Assembly (NCBI RefSeq): GCF_001194135.2
Contig: NC_068987.1
Span: 94,618,377-94,682,376, forward strand
Direction of reading: 5' to 3'
From: Octopus bimaculoides
Taxonomy: Eukaryota
DNA length: 64,000 bases
Shown one piece after another: positions 1 to 11,483 of this stretch (within the stretch, counting starts at the first letter, position 1; every line of letters starts with the position of its first letter). The translations under genes and the position numbers were made by a program. Below the pieces are notes generated by a model. It did not search any database and had not been told where the DNA came from. It saw only the letters and a program-made list of their open reading frames with translations.

Positions 1-45
<45 letters not shown>

Positions 46-380
46 AAAGAGAGAGAGAGAGAGGTGGTCAAACTATTTGAGGATAAGTTTTAAGATTGAA
101 AAAATACAAAACAAAATGGAGATAAAAACAGATTTGTTTTTTGACTTAGGAAATTACGTGAGGTATACATAAAAATTAGGGGTGCTTTGAATAGCCTTAA
201 ATCACAAGAGTGACGATAGGAAGGTACATTTTACTGATGGGTGCTGGATGAAGAGAGATTTAGAATAGACGGGGAAGAATGTAGTTGGGGAGGAAAAAAG
301 TAGAAGTAACCCTGTGGGGTGATGGTAAGAGAAGAAGATAGTAACAGAAAAGGAAGGATGGAAGATGATAATAGGAGAGA

Positions 381-418
<38 letters not shown>

Positions 419-786
419 GTTAGAGAGAGATAGAGAGAATACAGGGTGACTGAGTGACAGAGAATGAAGTATTGGGTAGGCAATAAGATGTAAGACAGAT
501 AGATGGACAGATAAAGAGAAGAAAGATAGAATTTGTGGTTTCAGATAAGAAAACATTAAACTTGAAAAAGATGGCCTCCTGACGACAAAGTAAACTTCAT
601 GTAATCAAGATACCCTTGGCCTGAAGAGTAGCCTGTGGTATACACCTCACTTGTCTATTTATTACTCCTGAAGTTCCACTCACTATGAAACATATGTAGC
701 CTAGATTTTATCTACTCCATTCCTTAACTCTTGGAGATATATATAGTCAGAGACTAACGTGAACAGTCATGAATTTAAACTGGTGG

Positions 787-842
787 TCCACACTGACGAA
801 GCTCAAGGTTGAATAACCAAAAGCAGAAACCTGGTTTGTGGA
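787..842 (+). ncRNA. Minimal type-I hammerhead ribozyme motif, probably from a Penelope-like element pLTR
   Basis: Stem I tccaca(787-792)/tgtgga(837-842); CTGACGA 793-799; stem II gct/agc plus ggtt/aacc; GAAA 826-829; palindromic stem III ACC-T-GGT; GTT triplet 834-836. An extra A on each side of stem II is non-canonical. Confidence 0.65.
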
Positions 843-1240
843 TATCCGTAATTGCATAATATTTTTATTTGTGTTGTTAAATGTTTTAATTCGGTCTGTT
901 TTCCTCGCATACTGTCTTTCTCTGTTATATTGGTGCGCTACGGTGGATTATTTAAGATTTGGCTCTTATTTCTAGCAGGTAGATGCTCATTAAGCATCAT
1001 TACGATATTTCATAGCTCCTTAAAGCTATCATAACTGTGTTCCACCAATGCTACTACTGGTGATATCATCAAATTTTGAATTTATCTACAGATGATANNN
1101 NNNNNNNNNNNNNNNNNNNNNNNNNNNNNNNNNNNNNNNNNNNNNNNNNNNNNNNNNNNNNNNNNNNNNNNNNNNNNNNNNNNNNNNNNNNNNNNNNNNN
1201 NNNNNNNNNNNNNNNNNNNNNNNNNNNNNNNNNNNNNNNN

Positions 1241-1272
<32 letters not shown>

Positions 1273-1277
<5 letters not shown>

Positions 1278-1348
1278 GTAGGTACAGGAGGTGGTCTTAC
1301 TCTGCATAAGGAATCTACTCCTTATGCAGAGCTTGACCACCTCCTGTA
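1273..1348. repeat. Fold-back of two LINE 3'-UTR copies forming a 66-nt hairpin
   Basis: tacaggaggtggtc/gaccacctcctgta (14 bp) plus ctctgcataagga/tccttatgcagag (13 bp). The same unit ends the LINE fragment at 10748-10800. Confidence 0.85.
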
Positions 1349-1730
1349 GCCAGTAGCAGTAGAAGCTCCCTCAGCTTTTCCAAACCTATTCTTTATCCTG
1401 GCTATTATATCATGGAGTATCACCTCTCCTGCTAATTACATTTATACAAAATATGGAGTTGAAACCTATTCCCTTTCTGCATTTTGAACAAGGCTATTTT
1501 CCTGCTCATACGAGGGTCCTGACTCCTTTCCTATTTGCTAAAAACCTATATCTTTGTTAAGCTTACATTGAGGGTTTTGATCCTAAGTTTAGTTTCCATG
1601 CCTTTCTGATTCAGCTTTGAGAAGGAGATTTCCAGAAATTTTGTTGATCATACATTTAAGTTTTTTTCTTGTGCAAAAGAAGTAGTGAAAAGAACAGCAT
1701 GAGCCGTGAGCTTGTCTTTTAGCTGTGTTG
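1345..1730 (-). mobile_element. Decayed RTE-clade LINE reverse-transcriptase fragment
   Basis: Minus strand gives GK*PCSKCRKGIGFNSIFCIN and EKLRELLLLL, homologous to the copy at 7280-9170. Confidence 0.6.
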
Positions 1731-2118
1731 AAGTTATTAAAATAGAAATATTTTCTTCAATTTTCTCAATGTTATAACTGTTATTATTAATATTTCAAGA
1801 TTACTCTGGTCATTATTGTCCTATTCGCAACTACCATCATCATCATTTTCATAAATATTGTCATCATATTCATAATGATTACCATCGTTGTTATTGTCAG
1901 TCTCATCATCCCCATCATCTTCCTCTTTCTTATCCTTTTCATCAGTGTCCTAATTGTAATTATTTGATGATGCTCTTATCACTAGAATTGGTTTCACATG
2001 TTTCTTGGTAATCACTTCTGCTTGATGTGGTGTAAATGTCGAGAAATGTACTTTCTCTATATTCAGCTGTTCTCTTATTCTTTCCAGAAGTACCAGACGA
2101 TGATGGTAATCATTATAT

Positions 2119-2532
2119 ACTCTTTACTCTTTACTCTTTTACTTGTTTCAGTCATTTGACTACAGCCATGCTGGAGCACCGCCTTTAGTCGAGCAAATCG
2201 ACCCCAGGACTTATTCTTTGAAAGCCTAGTACTTATTCTATCGGTTTCTTTTGCCGAACCGCTAAGTTACGGGGACATAAACACACCACCATCGATTGTC
2301 AAGCAATGTTGGGGGGACAAACACAGACACACAAACACATACACATACATATATATATATATATATATACGACAGGCTTCTTTCAGTCTCCGTCGACCAA
2401 ATCCACTCACAAGACATTGGTCGGCCCGAGGCTATAGTAGAAGACACTTGCCCAAGGTGCCACGCAGTGGGAGTGAACCCGGAACCATGTGGTTGGTAAG
2501 CAAGCTACTTACCACACAGCCACTCCTGCGCC
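2119..2532 (-). mobile_element. Full-length tRNA-derived SINE, family A (young)
   Basis: tRNA-like head with A box TGGCTGTGTGG and B-box-like GGTTCACTCCC, CORE-like ccttgggcaagtgtctt block, central microsatellite and (AAAGAGT)n tail. CpGs retained; about 9 related copies in the window. Confidence 0.9.
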
Positions 2533-3035
2533 AAACTGTAATTATCACTACCATCGTCATGATACTCTTGGCCTGATACCCTTAGTGTAATTATCTCTAC
2601 CATCGTCATAGTTGTCATCATCATTATTTACTTCCTGTCTGCTTTTTACATTACATGTAGCTTAGGTTAGACTCTACAATCAATAGTTCTTCTCCTTTTC
2701 TTCCTTCCCGGCTGTGAATACCCCAGGACATGTATGTAAAACATGTTAAATATATCAAAGTCATTATCGTTTTCATCCTGATTAACATCATCATCCGGTC
2801 TGTTTCTTCTTTATGTAAAATCCAAGAAAGTGATGATGTTCTTTGCATAGAGCCTTATTAGTCAACTGCAGCCTGAGAAGTGGTAGACTGAGTAATTTTA
2901 GCATTATTTGTGATTCTGGGTATCAGCTCTAATTGAAGCAAAAAGCGAACATTTTAATCATTGTTTTCTTATGAAACTTCAAATTTTGTGAAGTAAACTT
3001 CTCTCTCTCTCTCTTTCTATCTCTCTCTCTACATT

Positions 3036-3077
<42 letters not shown>

Positions 3078-3179
3078 TGTGATATGTAAGTATGAGTTCA
3101 GTGGCAGTGACTCCTCTCTCCCTTCTATAACTGTGGCCTTTGTTCCAAATTAGGTGCCATCATTATCATCATTGCTACA

Positions 3180-3621
3180 GAAGTGAGCTAGCACTATCAT
3201 TACAGGCTTGGGGAAAATGGCTTGCAGGTTTTCTTTTGGTTCTTTTTCTTCTGCTCAGTTGCATTTTGTNNNNNNNNNNNNNNNNNNNNNNNNNNNNNNN
3301 NNNNNNNNNNNNNNNNNNNNNNNNNNNNNNNNNNNNNNNNNNNNNNNNNNNNNNNNNNNNNNNNNNNNNNNNNNNNNNNNNNNNNNNNNNNNNNNNNNNN
3401 NNNNNNNNNNNNNNNNNNNNNNNNNNNNNNNNNNNNNNNNNNNNGTTCTTTTTCTTCTGCTCAGTTGCATTTTGTCTCTCTTTATGTTCTGAGTTCAAAT
3501 TCCACCAAGATTGACTCAAACTTTCATCCTTTTGAGGGTTAATGAAATAAGTACCAATCAATATAATAAAACTTTTCCCTACCCTTAAAAAACTGTTGGC
3601 CTTGCACCCAAAATTTGAAAC

Positions 3622-3670
<49 letters not shown>
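3180..3670 (+). mobile_element. SINE family C, diverged, spans an N gap, (ATT)n tail
   Basis: gttctgagttcaaattcc B-box block and ggccttgcacccaaaatttgaaac+(ATT)n, shared with copies at 15761, 34968, 44096 and 63728. Confidence 0.7.
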
Positions 3671-3672
<2 letters not shown>

Positions 3673-3920
3673 GATCATCATCATCTTTCATCCATAACCA
3701 CTTACGCCACTCATGGCTATGAGTCCTGGGTTTGTTCTATGACTCTCAGACTTTTGTGATTCCGAAAAAAAGATTAGAAAATTTTATGGTGAGTGTCTAA
3801 AGTATGTTACACTGAATTCTTTGGAATTGATACCTCCTTACTATTTTGTATTGTTCCCATCTCTCTCCAGCATTATGCAAATGTATGCTTATTTATCAAC
3901 ATTCTCCCTTCTTTCCACAG

Positions 3921-4017
3921 AGCTGTGATTTGCAACCGACAATTAATTACCAAGTCGGATATGAATTAAAAAAATCTACAAATGAAACCAACCAAGAGAT
4001 AATATTACTATTTCATA
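3921..4017 (+). other. Ten-m: 5' UTR part of the first coding exon of teneurin, with two tiny uORFs
   Basis: Strong acceptor attctcccttctttccacAG ends at 3920. In-frame stops at 3967-3969 and 4000-4002 precede ATG 4018, which supports that ATG as the start and implies an upstream non-coding exon. Confidence 0.6.
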
Positions 4018-4195
4018 ATGGATGGCAATTCTAAGAGTAAAAATAGGGAGTCTCGAACTCACAGGGCACGCCGAGCCAAAAATTCGGGAAGCAGAACTTA
4101 CAGCTCTTCAGATGAAGATTTTCACTCGGATGATAACCTTCGTCCCTATGAGGAAGTTAAAATCGCACACCATGACAAAAAATTGTCTGGCTTAG
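4018..4195 (+). CDS. Ten-m: Teneurin coding exon 1, N-terminus of the intracellular domain
   Basis: MDGNSKSKNRESRTHRARRAKNSGSRTYSSSDEDF...KKLSGL+G, then donor G|GTAAGT at 4196 (phase 1). The basic N-terminus plus YSSS resembles the teneurin N-terminus as I recall it. It splices in frame to 42867. Confidence 0.85.
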
Positions 4196-4644
4196 GTAAG
4201 TAGGAAAAAAAAGAAAAAATTTATGCGTACAATTTTTATTTTTCTATCTGAAAAAAATTATTTTACATATTGCAAATACGAAATTGCTTGCATGTGCACA
4301 CACAAATACATATGCACTGGACACACACATACACACACACACACACATGCGTGTGTGCATCATCTGTTTAACATTGGTTTTCTGTACCAGCATAGCTTGA
4401 ATGGGAATTGATTTGAGGTAGGATTCATGCAGATGCTCTTCCTGTCACCAACCCATATCAGTTTTTCAAGGAAGGGATTTTTTTCTATTCCACAGGTCTT
4501 GAAAAGCACAAAGTGACTGGTTGCAATTTTTTACAAAGAATGTGACCACCACCATTGTTTCACCTAAACAGTGACAAGTGAAATAATGTTCATACAAATT
4601 TACACACACACATACACATTGGCACAAACATGCACATATATGTA

Positions 4645-4810
4645 AGTGCAGGTATGGTGGTGCGGTTAAAAGGTTTTAATTTCCAACCACATGGTTTCAA
4701 GTTCAGTTACACTGCTTGTCACCTTGCACAAGTGTCTTCTTTTATTGCTCTGAGCTGAACAAAGCCTTATGACTACATTTGGTGGATAGAATCTGAAAGA
4801 ACCCTGTCTA
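4645..4810 (+). mobile_element. SINE family A, diverged 5' half
   Basis: ccaaccacatggtttcaagttcag...caccttgcacaagtgtcttc...ctgaaagaa aligns with 2119-2532. Confidence 0.65.
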
Positions 4811-4959
4811 TATATGTGTATATATGTATATGCGCTTGTGTGTGTGTGTGTGCATGTATGTATGTTTGTATCATCTTGTTTTGAGATTACCTGATAATTG
4901 TATATAAGTGTCACTGCCATACATAAAGTATAGTTTGTTTCCAATCTTTCATGAAAATT

Positions 4960-5110
4960 TGTCTGACCCATGGTCACTTGGAAGCAGGTGGGAGCTGTTT
5001 ACAAAGAGGGCATCTGAACATAGAAAATCTGCCCCACCAAATGTCATTTTTCTTACATGTAAACATGTTAGAAAAATGAATGCTAGAATGAGGATAACCA
5101 TTATAAGACA
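4960..5110 (+). mobile_element. SINE family B variant fragment
   Basis: agagggcatctgaacatagaaaatctgcc resembles the family B block ggaagggcatccagctgtagaaactctgcc. Confidence 0.4.
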
Positions 5111-5320
5111 TATGATGGTCGTCATGTTGTTTCCATATAGCAAAGTCACTCAGAAGGTATTAGTCACCCTCAGGCTATTGACCCAAACACACTGACCCAA
5201 AGTGCCACACAATGATACTGATCCTGAAATTACATGAATCTGGCATTGGTCTTCTAAATCATAAATTCATGCCTCTACCGCTTCCTGTATGTGTGTGTGT
5301 ATGTATATCTGTACGAGAGT

Positions 5321-5702
5321 GGAGGCGCAATGGCCCAGTAGTTAGGGCAGTGGACTCGTGGTTGTGGGATCATGGTTTCCATTCCCAGATCAGGCGTTGT
5401 GAGTGTTTATTGCGCAAAAACACCTAAAGCTCTATGAGGTTCCAGCAGGGGATGGTGGCAAACCCTGCTGTACTCATTCACCACAACTTTCTCTCACTCT
5501 TTCTTCCTGTTTCTGTTGTATCTGTATTTCAAAGGGCCAGCTTTGTCACACTCTGTGTCACACGCTGAATCTCCCCAAGAACTATGTTGAGGGTACACGT
5601 GTCTGTGGAGTACTCAACCACTTGCTCATTAATTTCTCAAGCAGGCTGTTTTGTCAATCAGATCAACTGGAACCCTTGTCATCGTAACCGACAGAGTGCC
5701 AC
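5321..5702 (+). mobile_element. tRNA-derived SINE family D
   Basis: tRNA-like head ggcgcaatggcccagtagttagggcag...; the 3' half aaagggccagctttgtcacac...gagtactcaaccac is shared with 62150-62454. Confidence 0.8.
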
Positions 5703-5783
5703 GATCTGTACAGGAATGTACACATGTCTACATATGTATATGGATGTTACATGTGCATATATGTATATGGTATATATACATGC

Positions 5784-5819
<36 letters not shown>

Positions 5820-5829
5820 NNNNNNNNNN

Positions 5830-5870
<41 letters not shown>

Positions 5871-6849
5871 TTAATCTTAGCTGTATATACATGTATACAT
5901 AGAAGTGTTTCTTGTCTTCATTTGCTGATTATTTCATCTTGGTTTCTGAGAAGATGATGGTATTGCATAGTTATTTCTTGCTTGGAGTTATTTTGCATAA
6001 TTCATTATATTATAAATATCTTTCTCCATTATTCCAGCATTATGTGAAAATATATGGCAATATTAAAATAATATTTTGTAGGGAATATCTTCTTCACTAT
6101 TTACTCGTTTGTCATAATAATTGCTTTAGGAGTCACTTCTCTTTCATTTCATAGTACTTTTTTTGTACTGTCTCATCTTTTATCTCGATTTTTTCTTAAT
6201 TTTTTATATATATTGTCTATTGAACATGTCATTTTAAGGATACACTCTTGGGGTGGATAAGCAATATGATGTATAATACAGGCTTGTTTTGTATATAAAT
6301 ATATCTATGTAGCTGCTTTTTTGAATACAACTGCTATTGCTTTTTCATTACTCCATTTTCTTATTTGTGTGTGTGTGTGCACGTGTGTGTGTGTGTGTGT
6401 GTGCATGCATGTGTATACTTTAATTTGAAAGCTCACTTCTCCACGTTAGTAGTGGCAGCTGAATAAGTTTTGAGCAAAGAATCAATCTTGTCATTCTTGT
6501 GTCATTTCTTTTATGAGGGTCCAATTTTATGAAATTTCACTTGTGTTCGCTTCTCTTGCCTTTAGTATTTTCAGCTCTCAACCAATTTAGACGGAGACAT
6601 AAGACCATTCCTATTATATGTCTATATCAGCTTATTTACCATCTGTAAGTCTATAGATACTTAGCTCTCTTTTTTTCATTTTTTATAGAATTATATTCTT
6701 ACATAGCCAAGGAATCATATCTTACTCTCTCCTCTCTCCTCATTTTGTATTCAAACCCCATTTTTCATATGTCATACACTTGGACTTAGCAGATTCTTTT
6801 CAGTGACCAATCTAAGATTAAGCAATGGGGAAACGGATGGCTTATTACA

Positions 6850-7250
6850 TTTTAATGCCTCCAAGAAGCTCCTAGTATCTCCCCACACTCGTCATAAAGT
6901 GTTTGTTCTTGTCGTTGTTACAATCAAGAGAAAAGGCTTGAAGGTGTTTCTTAAGTGAGATGGACTCTTAGGACTAAATTGACAGGTGACTTAACATGAC
7001 TCTCCTACATCTTTTGCTATGGTTGTAATTATGAATGGCGGGCTTGATCCACCACTCAAAAATGTTCCTGAAACCTCAAGTTATCTCATATCTCTACAAG
7101 ATCTACTAACAACTCTTGAGAGAGTACAGAACTGAATGTATAGCCAAAATGGTGATGGTTCTCTTTCTCTCACTCCAGCCTCTCTATCTTGACAGAAGGT
7201 TGTGATCATTGCTTCAATGGAAGAAATTCAGATGATCTTTATTCTCAGGT
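6850..7250 (+). mobile_element. Possible very old CR1/L2-like LINE remnant
   Basis: Only the short motif LQDLLTTLERVQ (about 7093-7130) resembles the CR1/L2 LERVQ motif. Confidence 0.25.
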
Positions 7251-7279
7251 CCCATCGGTTCAGTAATCTTTCCTGTTTC

Positions 7280-9170
7280 AGGTCTTCTTGAGTACAGCAA
7301 GGTGCCAGGCATCTTGGTCCTTTGTCATCTCACCGGAAAGGTTCAGCGTCCTAAGATCATTCTTCAGCACTTCGTCCCATGTCTTCCTACATCTCCCACT
7401 TCCATGTGTTCCATCTACTTTGAGAAACCAGCACTTATGGAGCTGTCATCAGCATCCATCCGCATCACATAATCAAACAAGTGCAGTCTTCTCTCTTGCA
7501 CACAACAACGAATTCCACTTATGCTTAACTTCTCTCTCAAAGCACTCATTTCTTTGTAACATGTTCTCTGCATTCAGGGCCTATCTTTCACTACCATATA
7601 AAACCGAGGTTTGAATGCATGCATCAAATAATTTTCCTTTCACTCAGAGAGAGAAACTTATCATAGCCAACAAATGCTAATAACTCACTATATTTCCTCC
7701 ATCTTATTCTTATTCTAGCTATCACACTGTCTCTGCATCCTCATCCTCTACTAATTTGGTCCCCTAGATAGCAGAAATTGTCTCCTACCTCTAATGAGCT
7801 ACCAGGGCTTCCTTAGTCTCTATAGTTTTTATAGATCCTGTGCATGTTTTGTATATGAACGCTACCTTCTCTGATAATCTTCCTGTTCATCCATTGCACC
7901 TCTTGTGTGTCCATAGCTTACACTCGGTACAATGTATGGAGTTGCTGCCTACACTTTTCTTACAAATCGAACAGGGCCATCTACCTGAAGTAGGTGGAAT
8001 ACAGTCAGTTTTTTTTGCTTACTAGGACTTTAATCTGTGCTAAGTTAACCTTAAGGCTTTTAGATTCCAGGTTTTGCCTCCACAACTGGAATTTTTCTTT
8101 AACTCCGATATGGAATCTGCTATGAGGGCAAGATTAGCAGCATATAATAGTCCCCAAGGGCTTCTGGTCTTGAATTCCTCTGTTATGGCCTGAAGAACAA
8201 TGATGAATAGGAGGGGACTAAGGACTGAGCTTTTGATGAACCCCTATCTTTACACCAAATTCTTTGCTGTACTCATGGTTAACTTTCTCTAGATAAATGA
8301 ATGCCAAGTATAGTGGTTTATTCTTAGTTAAGTTGCAGTTGATTGAATATAAAAAATAACATTGTTATTTTCCCTCCCTGGACGAAGTCAAACTGCATTT
8401 CATCTAGTCTAGCCTAATTCAGCTTCTAATTAATTGGGTTATAATTCTTTCCATAATTTTCATCACCTGGTCCACAAGTTTGATACCTCTATAATTGCTT
8501 CTATTTAAAACATCACCCTTGCTCTTATAGCAGCTAACAATTATGCTGCTACACCAGTCCTTGGGTATTACACCTTCCTGAATGACCTGATTGATTATGC
8601 AGGTAACTAACCCATACCCTACATTACCAGATGGACCAAGGGCTTTCCAAGTTTTCATGTATTTAATTGCCTTATCTACCATACTGCTGCCCACTAGGAT
8701 AGCTTGTCCCTCTGTTTGGGTTCACATGAGGGAGACTTTCTTCGTCCCATTCATTCTCTATATTCAACAGTCTCGCATAGCAACTTTCCCATGCTGCTTT
8801 CTTGTCCACATCATTGAGTGCAAGCATACCGTTATCCATCTACACACGCTTCTCTCCTACAATATCTTGATTCTCACTGACACACTGTCTAGCAATCCAG
8901 AACACATGAAGTCTCTGATCTTCATACTGTCAGACTTTGGCAAATCTCTTCATTTCTACTTCTAGATAAACCTGATGTCTAGCCTCCCTTTTAGCCTGCC
9001 AATATGATCCTTTGCTAGGCCTTCCTTTCCACTCTTTCCAGGCGTGTCTCTTCTCTTTTATGACCCTGTCAACGTTACTGTTCCACCACCATGTCACCCT
9101 TGGTCTGGCAGAGGCTTTGGTCTAACAAATTTGATCTGTTACCCTTAGTAGGAACTTTCAGTTGTCCTCT
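7280..9170 (-). mobile_element. RTE-clade LINE, 5'-truncated and pseudogenised RT ORF
   Basis: WWNSNVDRVIKEKRHAWKEW; KALGPSG...IPKDWCSSIIVSCYKSKGD...NYRGIKL; EMQFDF; GVHQ..LSPLLFII; LLYAANL (YADD decayed); FCYLGD; RKTWDEV C-terminus. Contains stops and frameshifts. Confidence 0.9.
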
Positions 9171-9743
9171 ACTTCATATGTCTCTTTCTCTCTCTCTCTG
9201 CCACTCCCTCTCTTTATACACACACACACTGAAAGCCTTAAGGTCTGAAATTACTGTTGGGGTGTTATTGCGTTTCTGGGTGGCATACTTTATTTTTATA
9301 TTGTGCTTTTGGACATAACACTTTATTCTGATTTACTGTGTTTCATGTTAACTGCTGAGAATAGGTATCATATCATTGTTAACTGTAACAGATTGTTATC
9401 AAATTCAAGACAGATTTATCTCTCATCTACTTCTCACCATGAAACCAAAGTTAAAAACACTTGGTCTTGAAATTCTATTTCAGTCTAGAAATCTTTTATA
9501 TATTTTTTTTTTCCTGTTACAAGCCAAAACGAAATCAAAATGCTAAAGAAACTAACCAATGACATTTGTGAAAACTTTCCACTTATTTCGTCTTGTGTGG
9601 TGTAAGAAAGCAAATGAATAAAGGAAAAGAAACATCTAAATAAATACAAGAAATGGTTTTTGACTGTATCTCTCTTTAGTATTAGCAATTGTTTTTACTG
9701 CAAGTGTTCTGATTATAATACTTCAGCCACTTGAGTGTGTGTC

Positions 9744-9788
<45 letters not shown>

Positions 9789-10134
9789 ACATTTGCTACT
9801 TGTTACAAGACCATTACTGTTATTGTTGACTTTCTGCTGCTATCATTATTGATAATCTATTTTTTGGGGTTTATTTCAAATTTTGCTCTGTGGTAGAGTT
9901 ATTGCATGATATCTATTTGCATTGGCACCATTATTGCTGTGGCTCTCAACCACTATTTTTGTGGCTGAGGAAATTCAGGTAGTTTTACTACTATCATTTT
10001 TGTTTCATGATATTGGAATCTCCTTAATAAAGTACCCTGAAAAAATGTCCCCTTAATGTGGAAATTTACATCTTTCAAAATGTATAATTAGATGCTTATA
10101 TGCCTGTAAGTGTCTCATTGTCCAGCACTAGAAA

Positions 10135-10250
10135 CCCATGCCAAATTAGACTGGAACCCTGGCACAGCTTTCCAGTATGCCAGCCCAGTCAAACCATCCA
10201 ACACATGCCTGCATGGACAACAGACATTAAATGATGATGATGATGATGAT
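10135..10250 (+). mobile_element. SINE family B 3' fragment, (GAT)n tail
   Basis: cagtcaaaccatccaacacatgcctgcatggacaacagacattaaatgatgatgat. Confidence 0.75.
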
Positions 10251-10287
10251 GTATATACAAGAGTACACACAAAGATGGAAACTGTTG

Positions 10288-10375
10288 CTGAGGAGGTCAC
10301 AAATGTGTGACCAAAAACAGTAATAAACAAGTGAAGAATGAATATATAGTGCGTGTGTTTATTTGGCAAAAAAAG
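10288..10375 (+). repeat. Partial copy of the inverted-repeat element at 55732-55977
   Basis: gtaataaacaagtgaagaatgaatatatagtgcgtgtgtttatttggcaaaaaaa aligns with 55918-55977. Confidence 0.7.
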
Positions 10376-10379
10376 AATA

Positions 10380-10800
10380 ACTTTGTAAGACTCAAGAGAG
10401 ATTTAAAGAAGAATGTTACGATCAAGGTGAATCCCAATGATGTCTTTCTGTGCGCAGTTTGTGACAGACCATACCTCTCTTTTGCTGGGCTCGAATCTCA
10501 TTTGTGAACCCATGGAAAACGAACTTCCACCAACTATTCTGCCTATATGTCTGTGCACACCTTTGAATGCAATGTATGCCAGAAGGTTTACAAATCTTAC
10601 GGAGGCCTCAAAAGACATTTTAAGATCCACAAAGATCAGAACTTAACTGCAGCTCTCGGTGGTCCAAATCAGATATGCAATCTATGTGGGTGTCTTTTCA
10701 AAGCATTGTCTGGTTTAAAAAGCCACATCAGATGTGATGATGGTGCTAAGGTGTAGGTACAGGAGGTTGTCAAACTCTACATAAGGAGTAGACAACCACC
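10380..10800 (+). mobile_element. 3' end of a LINE (probably RTE) with three C2H2 zinc fingers and a stem-loop 3' UTR
   Basis: CAVCDRPYLSFAGLESHL, CNVCQKVYKSYGGLKRHFKIH, CNLCGCLFKALSGLKSHIR, frameshifted between fingers 1 and 2. Stop at 10754-10756, ggttgtc/gacaacc stem, (AT)n tail. Confidence 0.7.
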
Positions 10801-10809
10801 ATATATATT

Positions 10810-11088
10810 TTTCGAGCGAGATCGTTGCCAGTGCCCCTGGACTGGCTTGTGCGGGTGGCACATAAAAGACACCATTTCGAGCGTGGCCGTTTTCGTGCGG
10901 GTGACACGTAAAAGCACCCACTACACTCTCTGAGTGGTTGGCATTAGGAAGGGCATCCAGCTGTAGAAACTCTGCCAAATCAGACTGGAGCCTGGTGTTG
11001 CCATCCGGTTTCACCAGTCCTCAGTCAAATCGTCCAACCCATGCTAGCATGGAAAGCGGACGTTAAACGATGATGATGATGATGATGA
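10810..11088 (+). mobile_element. SINE family B, young copy, (GAT)n tail
   Basis: gagtggttggcattaggaagggcatccagctgtagaaactctgcc...gcatggaaagcggacgttaaacgatgatgat; CpG-rich; at least 14 related copies in the window. Confidence 0.9.
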
Positions 11089-11114
11089 AATGTGTGTGTG
11101 TATGTATATATGTG

Positions 11115-11160
<46 letters not shown>

Positions 11161-11169
11161 TATATTGAA

Positions 11170-11275
11170 GAGACATTAGACCTTGGCACTGTCCTCTGGC
11201 TCTTTGGCTCCTGTCAAATCATCCAACCCATGCCAGCATGGAAAACACAGACATTAAATGATGTTGCTGCTGCTG
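11170..11275 (+). mobile_element. SINE family B 3' fragment
   Basis: gtcaaatcatccaacccatgccagcatggaaaacacagacattaaatgatg. Confidence 0.75.
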
Positions 11276-11401
11276 ATGATGATGATAATGTTGTTCTTGT
11301 TGATGATGATAATGATGGTGATGGTGGTGGTGATGTGTGTGTGTGTGTGTGTGTGTCATCATTGTTTACACACACATGCACATTGTTTCATATATATGTA
11401 G

Positions 11402-11434
<33 letters not shown>

Positions 11435-11448
11435 TGATNNNNNNNNNN

Positions 11449-11483
<35 letters not shown>

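Noticed and set aside
2455-2532. tRNA-like heads (also 5321, 15761, 34685, 44096, 62454)
   Set aside because: They run directly into SINE bodies, with no complete cloverleaf; not tRNA genes.
3239-3476. Direct repeat gttctttttcttctgctcagttgcattttgt on both sides of an N gap
   Set aside because: Typical unmerged contig overlap; most likely an assembly artefact.
10403-10756. C2H2 zinc-finger host gene
   Set aside because: Frameshifted, no start or splice sites, and ends in a repeat-type 3' UTR and tail; treated as a LINE remnant.
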